From an uncultured Candidatus Saccharibacteria bacterium (GTDB lineage: Bacteria; Patescibacteriota; WWE3; UBA101185; UBA10185): DNA of 60,307 nt. Below, one piece after another: positions 15,948 through 24,652 of the stretch. The stretch covers positions 1-60,307 of the forward strand of contig CAZTDP010000006.1 of the NCBI GenBank assembly GCA_964612565.1, written 5' to 3'. Position 1 is the first letter of the stretch. Every line of letters begins with the position of its first letter. A model generated the notes under the pieces. The model saw only the letters and a list, made by a program, of their open reading frames with translations. It was not told the origin of the DNA and did no database searches. The position numbers and the translations under genes are program-made.

Positions 15948-16342
15948 TGCGTCCCCGCCTCCGTGGCGCACCGCTCCACAATGTACTGCTGCGCCGCCTT
16001 GCGCGTCACGTAGATTGCAGCGCCCGTGCCGATGGCAACGACCACGGTCGACCCGATGATGACGCGCCGAATGCTCTCGTTGTCGATGGGCAGCGTAGCG
16101 AGCCCTCCGGAGCCGGTCGCGATGGCGCCCGCTTCAGCGATTGCTCCCCACAGCGTTTCGCGGTCACTGAGCTGTTCGCACCGTCGAGCTGACGCGGCCG
16201 CCTTGGGCGCTCCCAAGGCCGGCTTGATTTGCCCGCGGGCGTTGTCGAGGGTGCCGGCGCAGCCGGAGAGCAGGGCAGCCAGAGCCGCGACAATCAGCAC
16301 CGGAATCGTCTCGCGAAGCTTCGCCGGGAGCTTCCCGATCAC
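15944..16342 (-). CDS. possible nested in-frame product: lipoprotein with C-terminal TMD (unimolecular-spanin-like)
   Basis: In-frame GTG 16342 would give (M)IGKLPAKLRETIPVLIVAALAALLSGC. That is a charged n-region, an h-region and a perfect lipobox LSGC, with Cys at position 28. About 100 aa later comes a C-terminal TMD (VIIGSTVVVAIGTGAAIYV). The RBS is weak. Confidence 0.25.
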   Translation of the reverse strand: MIGKLPAKLRETIPVLIVAALAALLSGCAGTLDNARGQIKPALGAPKAAASARRCEQLSDRETLWGAIAEAGAIATGSGGLATLPIDNESIRRVIIGSTVVVAIGTGAAIYVTRKAAQQYIVERCATEAGTQ

Positions 16343-16567
16343 GATAAGCGAAAGCCCTTGGATTAGTAGCCACGGATCGAATCCGAAAGCTCGACAGATC
16401 TTGAGCACGGCCGCGATCCGCGGACGCTTCTCGCACCACGCGTCGACCTGCGATCGTCGAGCGACGAGGTTCACGAGGCAGGTGGCGAGCAGCCACCACA
16501 GAATGATTGGGAGCGCAAACTTTAGCGCGATCCAGGCCTGATTTAGCTGATTTTGAATAGTCTCCAC
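15944..16567 (-). CDS. multi-pass membrane protein, holin candidate
   Basis: ORF track, 207 aa. Hydrophobic segments at about residues 11-36, 61-78, 89-103 and 168-186. First gene of the lysis block. Confidence 0.55.
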   Translation of the reverse strand: METIQNQLNQAWIALKFALPIILWWLLATCLVNLVARRSQVDAWCEKRPRIAAVLKICRAFGFDPWLLIQGLSLIVIGKLPAKLRETIPVLIVAALAALLSGCAGTLDNARGQIKPALGAPKAAASARRCEQLSDRETLWGAIAEAGAIATGSGGLATLPIDNESIRRVIIGSTVVVAIGTGAAIYVTRKAAQQYIVERCATEAGTQ

Positions 16568-16576
16568 GATGTCTCC

Positions 16577-19500
16577 TTACGGTCTTACGTACTTGCCCAA
16601 CCGCCCCTGATGCAGCCCGATCATCGCCTGCACGGCGGCGCGAGCCACGAGACGCTTTCCTGTCAGTGCAGAGCCAACAGGCTCGGCAAGGTGCGGGCCG
16701 TACGTCTCCGGCTGTCCTGGTGTGCCCTGGTCGTAGAAGTTCGCCGCAGGGTCCGCCTGAAGCGCTGCGTTGACGTAGAGGATCTGGCAGTCGGGGCGGA
16801 CCGAGATCCAGTCTTCGAGCTGATCTGCTCGAGCATCGGGCCCGTACGTCACGCCACCAAGCACGCAGCTCGACACCTGCGGAATGATGAGCGTACAACC
16901 AGCCACGCGAAGCCTGTCGAGTTGCGCTGTGATCATCGTGCGCGCAGTCGCTCTCGATGTCCCGTAGACGACCTGCTCGTTGACCATCGCCATGTAGTCG
17001 ACGAATACGAGTGCACCGCGGTGGAACCGCTCATCGAGCAACAGTCGATTGATCTGACTCTGAAGGTTCGCGTTGACACTGCTCGGCGTAGACACGCCCT
17101 GTGCGCCGTAGGCGAAGTCCGCAACAACGGTCACGGTGACACCGAGCTCGGTTCCTTGCTCGACGACGTAGTGGGCCATCCGATTCGTCTGCCCGCTCTC
17201 AACCGTCATGTACGAGGACCCGAGAATAAAGCAGCGGATCGCGTAGTCGGCAGTCGCTGTGAGCGTGCCTTGTGTCTCGCGGTAGTACGCCGCGATTTCT
17301 GCCGCGCTCATGGCGCGAGGGCACACCGCTGGATCCGAGAAAAACATCTCAGCGTTGCGGAACTGCGTGCCATTGCGCTCTGCGCCAAACAAGATCCCTT
17401 CAGGGGCGTCGGCGACGGTTCCGCCAAACGACTCAGTGATCGCAGTCATGCCGTTGATGCGACGCGTGTACGCGTTGCTCGACAGCGAGGTCGCGATCGT
17501 GAGCCAGCGTCCTCGCAGGTTCGGGAACGCCTGCACAGAGTTGTCTGCGTTCCAACCAGAGAACGAAATGCGAGACGTGCTGTTGTTGTCTTCCCATCCA
17601 CCCTGCCAACGAGGGGCGTTCGGGTTCGACACGTAGATCCCTTGCGCCGGGAACCCGCACCACATTTCGAGCGTGTCGCCCGAGTTCGCCATTTCAAAAT
17701 CGCCGAATCCGATTTGCGACGTGGAGTTGTCGCTCTCGTACGAGCCAGCGAAAAACGCAATGCTTGGGCTTCCTGAGGTGACCAGCGTTCGAACGTTCGC
17801 GAGCACGGTAACGGCCGTCGACGTGACAGCGAGAGGAATCACTAGCGCACCTGAACCACCTTGGCGCACGTTGCCGCGTGATACTCCGTATGTTGCGGCC
17901 ATTGGATCTGTGACGCTTGTCCATGTACCGATCACGGTCCCGCCGACTACCGAGTCGCGCTGCAACCACACGAGGTCAGCGGGCGCCACGTAGGTCCATC
18001 GCGCCGAAGCTAGGATTCTCGAGTGTTCGGTATCGAGCTGCAGCAGTACCTCCCAGGTGCCGCCATCGGACCAAGGCACAAGGCCGTGGAGCGCGGCCCC
18101 GCTCACGGGCACGATCGGTGTTGTCCAATCGATCGAGTAGCCAGCGGGTGGGACGATATTTGCCCCCGTCACCCCAGCGGGGAACGTTGCCCGCAGCTGC
18201 GCCCCGTTGGTTGCCACCGTAGCCGACAGGGTCAGTGTCTGCGCTCCACTCGAGGGGGACGACGTCGTCGCGTAGGCTCGACCGAACGCGTAAGAACCCG
18301 TCCACGCGACGGCGTACGAATGCACGACCGTGATCGGTGTGGCTGTCGTGACGGTGCCACCGACGTCAGTGGCGTCCGCGTTGATCGTCCACGTCCCCTC
18401 AGTTCCTGGAGTGGTCACCGTGTAGGCCCAGACGTCGCTGCTGCCGACGCGAGTGGCCGCAACTCGCGATTGCCCAGAGCGCCAAACGGCGACCGCAGCG
18501 ATTTCACCGGCGCCACCCGGGTGGGTGACGTAGAGCGATCCAGAGACTGTTGCCGCTGGAACGGTAGTGGCTCCAGAGGTTGGACTCGTGATCGCAATGG
18601 TTGGCGCCTGCGCAACGGCGGTGACCTGGACGGCCGTGGATGTTACCGCGCCGATCGACGTCACGATGCGCACCGAAAGGTTATGCACTCCGGCAGACAA
18701 CGATGACGTTGTGACCCCGCTGCCAAGCGTTCCGGTGCCGACAACCGTCTCACCATCAAGCGCCACCAGCGCCGTGTTTGCCGGCATCGCCAGGTCGGTA
18801 GTAGCCGTGATGTGCCGCGGCCCCTCATCGACGGTGGCGCCAGTCTGGGGAGACGTGATCGTGAGCGTCGGTTGGGCCACAGTGATCGCCCTCGGCGTCG
18901 TCGTCTGCCCGCCAATCGCGTCAGTGCACCGTACGCTGATCGTGTGGGCGCCAGCGGATGTCACAGCGACGGAGACCGTGCCGGCAACGTTGCTCGTTCC
19001 CGCGCCGCTCGTGAGCGCTAGAGTCCCAGCAACGACAGAGCCGTCGAGCAGAGATTCAAAGCTTTCTGCCGATAGCACGCCATCCGCGTCCGTAGCGGAA
19101 AACGCCACCGTTACCGCTCCCGGGGCAACGGTCGCGCCGTTCGCCGGGCTCGTGATCGTGACAACCGGGAGCAGGTTGACGGGCTTTCCCGACTCGACAA
19201 ACGTGGCCGAGGCGACCTGGTGGGCCGCCATATCAACGCCGTTCGTCGGGCGCACGAAGGCGAGGATCCCCACGGTGTCGCCGACGGAAATCAGGGCTTG
19301 TTCGACTTGACCGATTGTCCCAGTGAACACGCCCGCCGGACCATGCGTCATCGCGATTGGCGTGCATACGGGCTGGCCATTGCGTGCAACGGTCAATGTG
19401 CCGACGGCTCCAGGATCAGCCCCTGCACCCTGCAACTGCGCGACGGTCACGACCACCCGCAGCGGAGCCGCGTGGTACGCTCGGCACGCGGGAACCGTCG

Positions 19501-19987
19501 GGAAGATTGTCGTCTGTGAAGTGCCAGGCAGGTCGAGAACGCCAGCGATTTCGATTGTGGACTGGAGAGGGAGCGAGTCTGTTGCCGACGGTGCCGCATC
19601 AACCGCGTTTAGCGGGTCGCCATTCACTGGCCCGACGCCACGCTCAAGAATGAGTACAGACGTCTCCCCTGCTCGCTCACGTGCGCCACTCGCCGGGTAG
19701 TACCAGGCGTCGTGCTGGTAGTTGCCGTCGAGTAGGGCAGCGTCGCGCTCAGTCAGGGTGAGGACGTGGATTCCTGTCGCTTCGCCGTCTACCTCGAGAT
19801 AGCCGGTCAGTTGCGATGAGCCTCGGCGCCCGAAGCACCAGGAAACAACTCCCCCTGTGCAATTGCGCGCGGTCCCGTCGGCGTTTCGAAGCGTGATCGT
19901 CAGTGTGATTGCCTCGCCGACAACGGAACGGATCTCGGTTGACGGCGGAGCGCTTCCGCGCGTGTAGGTGATTGAGGTGGTGGTCAT
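16577..19987 (-). CDS. large tail fibre/spike protein with Ig-like repeats and C-terminal SGNH-like esterase domain
   Basis: ATG 19987, 1136 aa. Three ITSP..GAT modules (VTITSPANGATV, LTITSPQTGATV, IAITSPTSGATT). The C-terminus has FILGSSY ... YGAQG ... MVNEQ ... YGPHL, loosely matching SGNH blocks I, II, III and V. Confidence 0.6.
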   Translation of the reverse strand: MTTTSITYTRGSAPPSTEIRSVVGEAITLTITLRNADGTARNCTGGVVSWCFGRRGSSQLTGYLEVDGEATGIHVLTLTERDAALLDGNYQHDAWYYPASGARERAGETSVLILERGVGPVNGDPLNAVDAAPSATDSLPLQSTIEIAGVLDLPGTSQTTIFPTVPACRAYHAAPLRVVVTVAQLQGAGADPGAVGTLTVARNGQPVCTPIAMTHGPAGVFTGTIGQVEQALISVGDTVGILAFVRPTNGVDMAAHQVASATFVESGKPVNLLPVVTITSPANGATVAPGAVTVAFSATDADGVLSAESFESLLDGSVVAGTLALTSGAGTSNVAGTVSVAVTSAGAHTISVRCTDAIGGQTTTPRAITVAQPTLTITSPQTGATVDEGPRHITATTDLAMPANTALVALDGETVVGTGTLGSGVTTSSLSAGVHNLSVRIVTSIGAVTSTAVQVTAVAQAPTIAITSPTSGATTVPAATVSGSLYVTHPGGAGEIAAVAVWRSGQSRVAATRVGSSDVWAYTVTTPGTEGTWTINADATDVGGTVTTATPITVVHSYAVAWTGSYAFGRAYATTSSPSSGAQTLTLSATVATNGAQLRATFPAGVTGANIVPPAGYSIDWTTPIVPVSGAALHGLVPWSDGGTWEVLLQLDTEHSRILASARWTYVAPADLVWLQRDSVVGGTVIGTWTSVTDPMAATYGVSRGNVRQGGSGALVIPLAVTSTAVTVLANVRTLVTSGSPSIAFFAGSYESDNSTSQIGFGDFEMANSGDTLEMWCGFPAQGIYVSNPNAPRWQGGWEDNNSTSRISFSGWNADNSVQAFPNLRGRWLTIATSLSSNAYTRRINGMTAITESFGGTVADAPEGILFGAERNGTQFRNAEMFFSDPAVCPRAMSAAEIAAYYRETQGTLTATADYAIRCFILGSSYMTVESGQTNRMAHYVVEQGTELGVTVTVVADFAYGAQGVSTPSSVNANLQSQINRLLLDERFHRGALVFVDYMAMVNEQVVYGTSRATARTMITAQLDRLRVAGCTLIIPQVSSCVLGGVTYGPDARADQLEDWISVRPDCQILYVNAALQADPAANFYDQGTPGQPETYGPHLAEPVGSALTGKRLVARAAVQAMIGLHQGRLGKYVRP

Positions 19988-19989
19988 TG

Positions 19990-21651
19990 TTACGCCATTG
20001 AGTCGAGCTGCACGCGGACAGCCGCGCAAATTATTCCCGCGATCACGTCGTGAGCTGTCTGCGAGAAATGCGTCCCATCAGGGTAGAGCGCGGTGTTTGA
20101 GGTGTGCGCGGAGTTGGCGAACATTGGATGCGCGCAAACGTCTGCGATCCCGTGCGCATGCGAAGACCACCCAGCACGTAGCAGGCGGTTTAGTTCGTCA
20201 ATACACGCGTCACCGATCGCCTTGCTTGCAAGGTAGCCTCCGCCCAATAGCATGTACCCCGTTGCCTCGCGGTAGGTCGCAGTGACAACCACGACCCGGA
20301 ATCCAGTAGCGCGCGCCATGTCGCATAGGTCCCAGAATCGCTGCACCACGGCGGCACACCTCGCCACCGCTTGCGCCTGATTGTCACTCGCGGATGCCAC
20401 GGCCAGCAGATGATTGGACAGCTCCCACGCGACATAGACGCAATCGGACCCGGACGAGAACAGCGGGGCCGCATACGTTGGGTAACGCGTGATCATGCCC
20501 TCCGTCGTCTGTCCGCCGACGCCGAGATTGTACACGCGACAGTACCCGAGCGCCGCGGCGCCGAGCTTCGCCTGCAATGGGATCGTGTAGCACCCCTGTC
20601 CGCCGCCGGTCCGATCTGATGTGAGCGAGTTGCCGTCGCAGACGATCCGCAAGTGGTGCGTCCCGAGCAGGCGACGATAGATTTCACGGATGTCTGAAAC
20701 GCCCGCTAGCCCGCTGTAAATCGACAGGTGCCGCATTGCCGCGGTGATGTATTGTGAGGGCGCGTACGACCCATTGGCGAGGTGCGCACCAATCGTCGAG
20801 TGCACAACTGTCGCAGGCGTGCCGCTCATCGCGTCTGCTGAGTAGTTGTACCGTTTTCCGTCGACCCATACGTGTGACGTTCCGGCACCATTGCCATGCA
20901 CCCAGATGACCAGCTTGTCCTCGGTCGTTGTAAAAACCGAGTCGCTCGAGTTGTTCCACGCGGTGTCGAAAATCGACGCATAGCCGGCGTAGCAGTCGTA
21001 GAGAACAGTGTTGTCCGCGCCTGAAACGTTGAATAGGCAATTTGCACCAAGGTAGACACCAAGTCTCGCTAGGCAGACAACGGTGCGCGGTTGGTTCGCC
21101 CCGAGCTTCCCTGAGATCCCATCGCACGCGAGGTAGTGCGCGCCACCAAACGTGATGCATGGACCACCGTCGCTCCAGCCAGTCGCCGATAGTGTCGGGC
21201 GCAGCGTCGACGTTTGCGTGGCGTTGCTACCACACCCAGACTGATCGGCGACGGAGTCGACTAGGCCACCTGTGGCTGAGACACCGAAGCGAGCATCGTA
21301 CACCCCGATCGGGAACACGGACAGGTCATTCCAAAAACGATCGCCCGATGTCCTACTAGCAGTCGTGGTCCGTTGCCGCCGATACCTACCCGTCGCGACC
21401 CCCGTGACCTGCAAGCACGTCTGCCCGTCGTCTGCCGCGGTTGAGGAGGCGTCCCAGGCGAAGAGGACGTATGATCCGTTGAGCAACACCAGGTACGTGT
21501 CAGCCTGCGCCACAATGCCAGCGCGAAGCTCAGCGACGGTGGCCACCTGGACGTTCCCCGGGCTGTACCCGGCGCCGTGCTGTCTGGCGGTGTAGACGGG
21601 GGCGACGCCCGGTTGTGAGCGATGGGCGCCTCGAATTGAATAGTCTACCAT
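19990..21651 (-). CDS. tail fibre protein with C-terminal SGNH/GDSL hydrolase domain
   Basis: ATG 21651. The C-terminal 220 aa contain IVCDGNSLTS (block I), LGVGGQT (block II), WELSNH (block III) and YPDGTHFS (block V, DxxH). The middle region is beta-rich and lectin-like. Confidence 0.65.
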   Translation of the reverse strand: MVDYSIRGAHRSQPGVAPVYTARQHGAGYSPGNVQVATVAELRAGIVAQADTYLVLLNGSYVLFAWDASSTAADDGQTCLQVTGVATGRYRRQRTTTASRTSGDRFWNDLSVFPIGVYDARFGVSATGGLVDSVADQSGCGSNATQTSTLRPTLSATGWSDGGPCITFGGAHYLACDGISGKLGANQPRTVVCLARLGVYLGANCLFNVSGADNTVLYDCYAGYASIFDTAWNNSSDSVFTTTEDKLVIWVHGNGAGTSHVWVDGKRYNYSADAMSGTPATVVHSTIGAHLANGSYAPSQYITAAMRHLSIYSGLAGVSDIREIYRRLLGTHHLRIVCDGNSLTSDRTGGGQGCYTIPLQAKLGAAALGYCRVYNLGVGGQTTEGMITRYPTYAAPLFSSGSDCVYVAWELSNHLLAVASASDNQAQAVARCAAVVQRFWDLCDMARATGFRVVVVTATYREATGYMLLGGGYLASKAIGDACIDELNRLLRAGWSSHAHGIADVCAHPMFANSAHTSNTALYPDGTHFSQTAHDVIAGIICAAVRVQLDSMA

Positions 21652-21746
21652 AGCGAAATCCTTATGGTTTCGTAGAAGTTGACGCGCGGGCATTGCGAAG
21701 GGGCAACGCGATGCGCATGCTGTTCGGTCAGCGGAGGAACTGAAGA

Positions 21747-22298
21747 ATGTGCAACCGAACCCGATTGATCTTGCTTGGGCTGGCTACTGGAGTGCTTTGC
21801 GTGGGATGCGGTGCGGACAGCAGCGGCTACCCCGAGGATTTTGGAGCTGGCGGCAGCGATGTCGCGAGCGGTGGATCGTCCGTGAAAACGGTGAGCGAGT
21901 CTTCGAGCGGGAGCAATGGTGGGAGCCAGTCTTCGTACGCTACTGAGTGCCAGGCTGTCGAGGCAAAGGCGTGCGTGCCAGGAGCGTCCGTCTCGTGCGC
22001 TTGCCCCGACGGCTCGACGAGCTCGCAGGTGTGTGCGGCAGATGGGCAGAGTTTCGGTGCTTGCCAGTGCGAGGTGGAGCCTGTAGAGGTGACTCCAGAC
22101 GGCTACTCCGGCGAGTGCCTCGTTGTCGGGATCAACGACACGCTTACCGGGTGTTACTCGCCAGCAATCGCGCTTGTGAATTGCCCGGGAGACGTAGCCG
22201 GCGGGTTCGTGCCAGACGGTTACAAGAGCTGCTTTTTGCCGCGGATGACGAGCGGGACGCTCTACGGTGTGCCCGGCGCAATGTGTTGCTCGAAGTAA
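21747..22298 (+). CDS. Cys-rich secreted/lipoprotein-like protein, opposite-strand moron
   Basis: ATG 21747 follows GGAGGA. MCNRTRLILLGLATGVLCVGCGAD is a signal peptide with a Cys-containing cleavage region. A Gly/Ser linker is followed by a domain with about 14 Cys. It is the only + strand gene inside the - strand structural arm. Confidence 0.65.
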   Translation: MCNRTRLILLGLATGVLCVGCGADSSGYPEDFGAGGSDVASGGSSVKTVSESSSGSNGGSQSSYATECQAVEAKACVPGASVSCACPDGSTSSQVCAADGQSFGACQCEVEPVEVTPDGYSGECLVVGINDTLTGCYSPAIALVNCPGDVAGGFVPDGYKSCFLPRMTSGTLYGVPGAMCCSK

Positions 22299-22299
22299 G

Positions 22300-23187
22300 T
22301 CAGAACCAACGACTCGACGAGGATACAACCGTGCACTCTTGGCCAGGCTGCAGATCCGCAAGCACAAAGCAGGTCGCCTGATCTACGACGCGGAACGATT
22401 GCGTCGCTGTGTATGGGTTCTTGATGACCTTCGAGCGGTTCGCGGAGTTCGCGTCTGGCGTCGCGAGCAGGACAATACTGCCGGACGCCGACATCGTGAT
22501 CACGCTGATGTGATGGCTCGTGTGCGTGATAACCGTGGCCGTGGCATCGCCCATCGAGATCTCTTGGTGTGTGTCACGAATAGCGTCCGTGGCGAAGTAA
22601 ACGGCGCCGTTGTGCGTCTCGGTTCCGTTGTGCGTCTCGGTTCCGTTGTGCGTCTCGGCCGCATTGAACGTCGAGGTTGCCCCAACCGTCAGCGTTTGGG
22701 TCGGGCTGTTGCCTAGGGTCGTGTTACCAAGCGATGATAACCCACCTGCCGCGCCGAGTGGAGCGTAAGGGCTCAGAATGACAGTATTGCGGAATTCAAC
22801 TTCACCATTGTGCGTCTCGGCCGCATTGAACGTCGAGGTTGCGCCAACCGTCAACGTGTTAGATGGACTGGTGCCTAGTACCGTGTTTTCTAACGACGTA
22901 AGCCCACCAGCTGCGGTTACGGTCCCAACGAACCGAGCCGCATCACCGAAGTATGACTCGCAGTAGACCACGAACTCGCCGCTAGGGTCCACTGATAGCT
23001 TGGATCCAGAGAATTGCATTCCGGTTCCGCCAATAGTAATCACAGCGCTCGGGGCCCACGTGCCGCCTTCGTCGCCGTTGATGGCCGCAAACAGGTTGGC
23101 GTCGAACTTCTCGAACTCGGCAGCGCTAACGCCTGTGCCAATCGCCCATTCGGCGTAGTCTGCGCGGACTCTTGTGTTGTGAGACAT
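22300..23187 (-). CDS. tail fibre protein
   Basis: ORF track, 295 aa. Internal repeated module TLTVGATSTFNAAETHNG occurs twice. Sits downstream of the baseplate genes. Confidence 0.6.
   Translation of the reverse strand: MSHNTRVRADYAEWAIGTGVSAAEFEKFDANLFAAINGDEGGTWAPSAVITIGGTGMQFSGSKLSVDPSGEFVVYCESYFGDAARFVGTVTAAGGLTSLENTVLGTSPSNTLTVGATSTFNAAETHNGEVEFRNTVILSPYAPLGAAGGLSSLGNTTLGNSPTQTLTVGATSTFNAAETHNGTETHNGTETHNGAVYFATDAIRDTHQEISMGDATATVITHTSHHISVITMSASGSIVLLATPDANSANRSKVIKNPYTATQSFRVVDQATCFVLADLQPGQECTVVSSSSRWF
22609..22660. repeat. 18-nt tandem repeat, about 3 copies, inside the tail fibre gene
   Basis: GTTGTGCGTCTCGGTTCC occurs twice, followed by a partial third copy. Encodes ETHNGT ETHNGT ETHNGA on the - strand. 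Confidence 0.85.
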
Positions 23188-24107
23188 TACGGTTCCAGTC
23201 CCTGGATCGGCGCGTAGCCAATCGCTCTATCGGATGCGATTTGGAAATAGGTCGGGTATTCGAGCGTGCCCGCGCAAAACACCCACGTGGAAACGCCCGT
23301 CATGGTGCGGCGCATGAACCATTCGATCCGCGAGAGCAGACGGCGATTGAAGAGGACCGAGCTGTCGACGACGACAACCGTGTGCCGTTTCGTTGAACCC
23401 CAGTGGGGCCACGGCGCCGTTGTGGCGCGCGCCCCGGGCTCGTGTACGTTCGCGTAGCTCGCGGTGAACGTCGTCGCGGTCGCGGCCCGCACATCAATCC
23501 GCTCTTCGAGGCCGTACTGACCAGGGTCAACAACCAGCCAGTCGCCTACCTTGAGCGGGATCCCATCTGTCAGGATTGGCGTGTAGCTGACGGTGCGCGA
23601 ACCAGGCAGGATCCTATCGGTGATTCGCACGTGCCGAATTGGGTTGCTCGGGGGCACGAAGTAGCCGCGCATCGTGGGAAACGTGACGACTTCCGGATAC
23701 GCGTCGAGCCATCGGCACCCCACAAATAGGTCACCCAGGATGGCGGACAATCCGGATTCTATCTCGGTGCGTGTTGCCCCTCGACCAACATCCATCACGG
23801 CCGTGAGAGCGGCGCGGCGCTGATTCACCGAATCGGTCGGGAGCGGCTTCAGCTGGTAGTCGCGCTCAAGGTCTTCTAGCAGGTACGTCGTCTGCTGCGG
23901 GTCGCGTTGGGCGGCAGCAGCCTCAAGCTGAAGCTGTGCCACACCGAAGGCCACGCCCAAGGCATAGTTCAGCGCCTCTTGCACTGGACCACGTAGAGCA
24001 GGGCCCAGCGACGTCTGGAGCTCGTCGTAGCGCTGCTTGCACGGCGACGGCTTCGCGCTGAAGCGAAATACGCCAAACGGCGCGAATGCTGAGAATTGGC
24101 CGGACAT
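23187..24107 (-). CDS. baseplate/tail protein, Mu gp48 / DUF2313-like
   Basis: Sits after the baseplate J-like gene. The N-terminal half (...DPQQTTYLLEDLERDYQLKP....QRRAALTAVM...) resembles the DUF2313 pattern. Confidence 0.5.
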   Translation of the reverse strand: MSGQFSAFAPFGVFRFSAKPSPCKQRYDELQTSLGPALRGPVQEALNYALGVAFGVAQLQLEAAAAQRDPQQTTYLLEDLERDYQLKPLPTDSVNQRRAALTAVMDVGRGATRTEIESGLSAILGDLFVGCRWLDAYPEVVTFPTMRGYFVPPSNPIRHVRITDRILPGSRTVSYTPILTDGIPLKVGDWLVVDPGQYGLEERIDVRAATATTFTASYANVHEPGARATTAPWPHWGSTKRHTVVVVDSSVLFNRRLLSRIEWFMRRTMTGVSTWVFCAGTLEYPTYFQIASDRAIGYAPIQGLEP

Positions 24108-24112
24108 GGCGC

Positions 24113-24652
24113 TTAGAACACGTCAACGCGAACGGTTGCCCCGACTCCAGTGAGCGCCCCGGTGAAGTCGCGGACGCGTATCACGATCGAGGTCGCCGTG
24201 TACGAGTAGACAGTCACATCGGCAGCATCTCCGCTGTTCGCGTAGTTGTCGGCGCTACCGAGTTTCGCGACTGGTCTCCGATTTGAAACAGGCAGAACGT
24301 TTGCTGGCAGCGTGATTGTGTACTCGCCAGTTGTACCAGTCGGCGCAGCCGTGATGCTCGAGGTCGTCACCGTCGAGTGGCCGCATGCAACGGCAGATGG
24401 GTTCACGGTCCCCATTCCAGTCGCGACGTGCAGGTCAATGGACAGCGTTGGCATCATCCTCGCCAACCGCTGCACAAGCATCTCTACTTGCTTGAAGTCC
24501 TTCGCGGACATGTGCTCATTCGGGCGCGGCGGTTCGTTTGGATCGTCCTGAAATTGCAGGCCGCCCATGTCCTCGCAGAGAGCATCGGGGCGACGAGGGG
24601 CAATGCCGTTGGCGGGATCGCCCTCGAGAACGCAGTAGCTAGGTGCCGTCAT
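24113..24652 (-). CDS. hypothetical baseplate-module protein (179 aa)
   Basis: ORF track. ATGA-type overlap with the upstream baseplate J-like gene. Confidence 0.5.
   Translation of the reverse strand: MTAPSYCVLEGDPANGIAPRRPDALCEDMGGLQFQDDPNEPPRPNEHMSAKDFKQVEMLVQRLARMMPTLSIDLHVATGMGTVNPSAVACGHSTVTTSSITAAPTGTTGEYTITLPANVLPVSNRRPVAKLGSADNYANSGDAADVTVYSYTATSIVIRVRDFTGALTGVGATVRVDVF

Noticed and set aside
16553-17776. 407-aa + strand ORF inside the large tail-fibre gene. Similar long antisense ORFs occur at 14036..15100, 14661..15494, 34833..35705, 55780..56769, 6509..7192 and 11763..12743.
   Set aside because: All have Arg-rich, low-complexity composition. All overlap genes with clear domain motifs and operon coupling. 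They are high-GC shadow ORFs.
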